Origin: Candidatus Hodarchaeota archaeon
GTDB taxonomy: Archaea; Asgardarchaeota; Heimdallarchaeia; Hodarchaeales; Hodarchaeaceae
Direction: 5' to 3'
Assembly: GCA_029856365.1 (NCBI GenBank)
Contig: JAHQWW010000129.1
Location: 1-10,561, forward strand
DNA: 10,561 bases
Of the stretch, positions 7,611 to 10,561 are shown one piece after another. The translations under genes were made by a program, and so were the position numbers. Position 1 is the first letter of the stretch, and each line of letters begins with the position of its first letter. The notes beneath the pieces were generated by a model, which saw only the letters and a list, made by a program, of their open reading frames with translations, was not told the DNA's origin and ran no database searches.

Positions 7611-8996
7611 ATGCGAATGTCTGACTCATCATTAATAGATGTTATGAGAAAAGCTGAAACAGGCCCAATTTGTCTAGAAAAAGACTTTGATAGGAATATA
7701 CTAAGAATAAAACTCCAAGAGGTTATAAAAGAGTTTGATATCACATATAATCCAGATTTTTTAATTCCGAATGACAACAACTTAGCGGACGCACTGTTTA
7801 ATGCTGCATTTGATCTTTATCTAGAAATAGGCACTTTGTGTGTGAGTACGCATCGACAAATCAAGTTTGAAGAAACAGAAATCAAGGAGGCTCTACGAAA
7901 TGCAGCCAAACGTGTTATATTTGGTGAAGGGTCTGACACAAGAGAAATGGCGCCTCGAAAGGTAGAAGATCAAACCCCGCCTCTTTGTTTAACTTCAGGT
8001 GGATGTGAAATCTCTGAAGACATCTATGTTCAAGTAGTTCAGAGTTATGCACAAAATCCCCTGGCTGACACTATAAGCGGAGGATGTCCATTACACACCA
8101 TTTTTGGCATTATTCCCAAAGCAGGTACTCCTGCGGAGGTTTTAGCATCTATGTACAATGTCATCTATTCAAAAGAAGGAGCAAAGAGAGCAGGTCGCCC
8201 TTTGATAGGATTTCATAATCTTCTCGGAACCGCTCTTTCTGCTGCTGGCTATATCTCTGCAAGTCAACCCGAACTCGGTGTAAGACCTGTTGATGGAAAC
8301 CTCATTGCCTCTCTTGCAGAACTCAAGACGGATTACAGTCAGCTCACCAAAGCGTTATTTTACTCTGAGCGAAAAAATGTCTTGTCAGGAGCTGTGTATG
8401 TGCCACTAATGGGAGGATACGGTGGAGGCCCTGAAGGAACTGCAATAGTCACTCTAGCACACCATCTGCAAGGAGTTCTTGTCCACCAGGTTTCCTATGC
8501 AGACTTTCCAGTTACTCATCTCAGATATTCTTGTAGTACTGCACGGGAATCCCTGTGGGTTGCGAGTATCGTGGGCCAAGCCCTTAGTCGTAATACTCAT
8601 CTGTTAACAGCTTCTGAGGCTATCACTGCAGCTGGACCTTGCACAGAGATGTGTTTATATGAGGTTGCAGCAAGTTCAATCGTTGGTACCGCTTCTGGTA
8701 TCCACATTAATAATGCATCAGCGGCTAAAAGCCAGTATTTAGATCGGGAAACAGGAATGGAAGCAAAAATGGGGTGTGAAGTTGGGCATGCTGCTACTGG
8801 GATGAAAAGAACCAATGCTAATGAGTTAGTTAAACAACTTCTTCAGATGTATGATCAGAAGCTTGAAAAACCCCCACTAGGTCGGAAATTTCAAGAGTGT
8901 TATGATGTGACCACTGTAAAACCTTCTAAGGAGTATGTAGATGTTTACACACGTGTAAAAAATGAATTGGAAGAGCTGGGACTCAATTTAGAGTAA
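7611..8996 (+). CDS. mtmB: Monomethylamine:corrinoid methyltransferase (MtmB) family protein lacking pyrrolysine
   Basis: End-to-end similarity to Methanosarcina MtmB as recalled: THRxxKFxExEI, AGRP, ELKxD, PxxGGYxGGxExT, AGPCTEMCLxE, TGMEA, GxxFQECYDVxTVxP, LEELGL. The length (about 460 aa) is the same and there is no in-frame TAG. The start may be TTG 7608, ATG 7611 or ATG 7617. The symbol denotes the family, not a proven substrate. Confidence 0.92.
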   Translation: MRMSDSSLIDVMRKAETGPICLEKDFDRNILRIKLQEVIKEFDITYNPDFLIPNDNNLADALFNAAFDLYLEIGTLCVSTHRQIKFEETEIKEALRNAAKRVIFGEGSDTREMAPRKVEDQTPPLCLTSGGCEISEDIYVQVVQSYAQNPLADTISGGCPLHTIFGIIPKAGTPAEVLASMYNVIYSKEGAKRAGRPLIGFHNLLGTALSAAGYISASQPELGVRPVDGNLIASLAELKTDYSQLTKALFYSERKNVLSGAVYVPLMGGYGGGPEGTAIVTLAHHLQGVLVHQVSYADFPVTHLRYSCSTARESLWVASIVGQALSRNTHLLTASEAITAAGPCTEMCLYEVAASSIVGTASGIHINNASAAKSQYLDRETGMEAKMGCEVGHAATGMKRTNANELVKQLLQMYDQKLEKPPLGRKFQECYDVTTVKPSKEYVDVYTRVKNELEELGLNLE

Positions 8997-9145
8997 GATT
9001 AAGAATTAAATTCCAGAAAGAAGTACTATAAACTCTTCCTTGTCGAAGGATTCATCTAAATCTAAAGTTAGCAGGGGAGAAAAAACAGGGTCTATTCGAA
9101 AAAAATCTAGTATAGCTAATATATTTTCATGATGGGTTGTTATTT

Positions 9146-9187
9146 TCACACAATCCGAATCATTGAATCAATAGTGATTACCTTCAA
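9146..9187 (-). pseudogene. Remnant N-terminus of a PIN-domain (VapC-like) toxin
   Basis: 5 nt after the AbrB-like stop, TTG opens MKVITIDSMIRIV*. This resembles the first beta-strand and catalytic Asp (hhhD-S/T-x-hh) of VapC. GAGGG precedes it. Confidence 0.5.
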
Positions 9188-9192
9188 ATCCC

Positions 9193-9426
9193 TCAGAATA
9201 ACTTCTCGAATTTGATTGGTGAATTTGTTTCTTGTTTCAGGAATTCACTGATATTATCGGAAAGCTTTTCAAACTCTTTAGCTGAAAGGACTTTTTTTAT
9301 AATCAAAAAATCTTTAATTATCGATAAGTTTAGTTCTACTCCAGTTGTTGACCCTAACTTTTTTCTTAATTCTCGCAGGATAGTAATTCTCCCTTTCTCA
9401 TCGATTGAAACTTTCATCAATACCAC
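9193..9426 (-). CDS. AbrB/MazE/SpoVT-family DNA-binding protein (VapB-like antitoxin), possibly degenerating
   Basis: VSIDEKGRITILRELRKKLG..G..L....IIKK matches the swapped-hairpin consensus (VDxKGRIxIPKExRxxLG) and is followed by a short charged tail. The start is GTG 9426 or ATG 9417. Confidence 0.85.
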   Translation of the reverse strand: MVLMKVSIDEKGRITILRELRKKLGSTTGVELNLSIIKDFLIIKKVLSAKEFEKLSDNISEFLKQETNSPIKFEKLF

Positions 9427-9475
9427 TAAGTGAGTTGAGGGGGGAATTCATTAGAATCTTTCGATATGGTCTTAA

Positions 9476-10009
9476 CTACAGAAACTCTGTTAAAATCTTC
9501 TTTTGTGATTCTAAAGCTAAAAGTTTCTCTTTTCTCCACAGTCCTCCACCATATCCATGTAATTTTCCATTACTAGCAATCACACGATGACAGGGGACGA
9601 CTATAGCGACTGGATTATTTCCATTTGCTCTTCCTACTGCTCGGGAGGCGGATGGATTACCTAGTAATTTTGCAATCTCACCATAGGATCTGGTTTCTCC
9701 GTAAGGAATCTTTTGTAATTCGTTCCAAACAGAGGTTTCGAAGGGAGTACCTCGTAAATCTAGTGGAATGGAAAAATCACGTAATTTTCCATTAAAATAT
9801 TCTTTCAGCTCAATCTCAAGCTTATAAAGAGTTGGATGTGATCCTTCAATGCAATCAAGTTGGTACCTTTTTTTGTATCGTGTTTTAATATTGGATAAGT
9901 CGTGCCTATCGTTGAATTCAAGAAGACAACAGCCCTTAGAGGTTGTACCAAGGATTAAAGAACCTAAGGGGCTACCTAAATATTGATAAACTAATTTATA
10001 TTCAGACAT
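9476..10009 (-). CDS. ogt: Methylated-DNA-[protein]-cysteine S-methyltransferase (O6-alkylguanine alkyltransferase, AdaB/Ogt)
   Basis: Motifs SPLG, GTPFExxVW, IPYGETRSYGEIA, ASRAVGRANGxNP, active-site PCHRV (Cys codon 9592-9590) and GYGGGLWRKEKLL. The likely true start is ATG 10009 (MSEYK, 177 aa), overlapping the upstream gene by 8 nt. The track's start at 10084 is over-extended. Confidence 0.96.
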   Translation of the reverse strand: MSEYKLVYQYLGSPLGSLILGTTSKGCCLLEFNDRHDLSNIKTRYKKRYQLDCIEGSHPTLYKLEIELKEYFNGKLRDFSIPLDLRGTPFETSVWNELQKIPYGETRSYGEIAKLLGNPSASRAVGRANGNNPVAIVVPCHRVIASNGKLHGYGGGLWRKEKLLALESQKKILTEFL

Positions 10010-10544
10010 TGCGACTTTCTCCTGGAGAATGTCCAAATTCCTTAAAAAAAGCTGCTCTAAATCCACTATTCGATCTATAACCACAATGAGATGGGATCTC
10101 GTTGTGATTGGCTCCTTTTTTTATCAATTTCTTTGCGTAAGCAAGACGCAGTTTTCGATGATACGCCAGTGGGGTCACATGATAATGAATTCTAAAGTTC
10201 CTTCTTATAGTCGATATATCTACTCCTGCTATACAACTAAGGAATCCTTCGTTAATTCGCTCAGAAACATTTCTTTTCATGTAACGAAGTACCTTATCTA
10301 ACCATTGTGGGACAACATTGGGAAAAATATCTGGTTTACATCTTTTACAGCTTCGATATTTAGCAGCCTTCGCCTCTTCTCGAGTTGAAAAGAATACTAT
10401 ATTTTTCTCGATAGCTAACTTTGCTTTACATGAAGGAAGACAATATATCTTCATCGTCCGCACCCCAACATAAAAATAACCATCGTATGAAGCATCACGG
10501 CTTACTCGTGCCCTCAACATTTCTTCATACGAAAGTTTCTCCAT
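10002..10544 (-). CDS. adaA: AdaA-like protein: Ada Zn-binding methylphosphotriester-repair domain + AraC-type HTH
   Basis: RDASYDGYFYVGVRT..IYCLPSC..N..FF....A....YRSCKRCKP supplies four Zn ligands (C35, C39, C66, C69). The AraC-type C-terminus has RRNF..TPLAY..RL..AKKL..CGY.S.SGF..AF.KEFG.SP. A GAGG Shine-Dalgarno lies upstream. Confidence 0.93.
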   Translation of the reverse strand: MEKLSYEEMLRARVSRDASYDGYFYVGVRTMKIYCLPSCKAKLAIEKNIVFFSTREEAKAAKYRSCKRCKPDIFPNVVPQWLDKVLRYMKRNVSERINEGFLSCIAGVDISTIRRNFRIHYHVTPLAYHRKLRLAYAKKLIKKGANHNEIPSHCGYRSNSGFRAAFFKEFGHSPGESRNV

Positions 10545-10561
10545 TAAAAAGCCTCTGATTT

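Noticed and set aside
7611-8996. MtmB homolog as evidence of methanogenesis from methylamine
   Set aside because: It lacks Pyl and the associated acidic residues, and there are no mtmC, mtbA, pyl or mcr genes in the window.
7570-9107. TCGAAAAAA(A)TC on both sides of the MtmB-like gene (7570-7580 and 9096-9107) as possible insertion-site repeats
   Set aside because: The match is short, imperfect and mostly an A-run in AT-rich DNA, and there is no transposase or integrase.
10010-10084. 25-aa N-terminal extension of Ogt in the ORF track
   Set aside because: It overlaps the conserved AraC C-terminus of AdaA. ATG 10009 gives a normal-length protein with translational coupling.
51-10301. Other short ORFs (51..317, 3894..4091, 5169..5390, 6456..6731, 7250..7453, 7544..7780, 8597..8815, 9212..9433, 9405..9590, 10029..10301)
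   Set aside because: All lie antisense to, or overlap, well-supported genes or promoter regions and lack family motifs.

Overview
AT-rich archaeal window, most likely from an Asgard archaeon (Heimdallarchaeia/Hodarchaeales-like). This taxonomy is inferred from gene content, not a search. In order it holds: the 3' end of an archaeal D-aminoacyl-tRNA deacylase (dtdA); a 1147-aa surface protein fusing a BMP/PnrA-type solute-binding domain to a long NosD-like beta-helix, an Ig/Fn3-like module, a Thr/Ser stalk and a C-terminal membrane anchor; a small 2-TM protein; a roadblock/LC7 plus Rab-like small GTPase pair; an MFS transporter; a frameshifted, truncated metallophosphoesterase pseudogene; a full-length MtmB-family methyltransferase with no amber codon; a decaying AbrB/VapB antitoxin with a 13-codon PIN-toxin stub; and a bacterial-type split adaA-adaB (ogt) alkylation-repair operon. 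The most notable items are the pyrrolysine-free MtmB homolog (His at the Pyl position, other active-site residues also remodelled, no corrinoid partner in view) and the BMP-beta-helix surface fusion. No rRNA, tRNA, CRISPR array or transposase was seen. All homology calls are from motif recognition and recalled sequences, not database searches.
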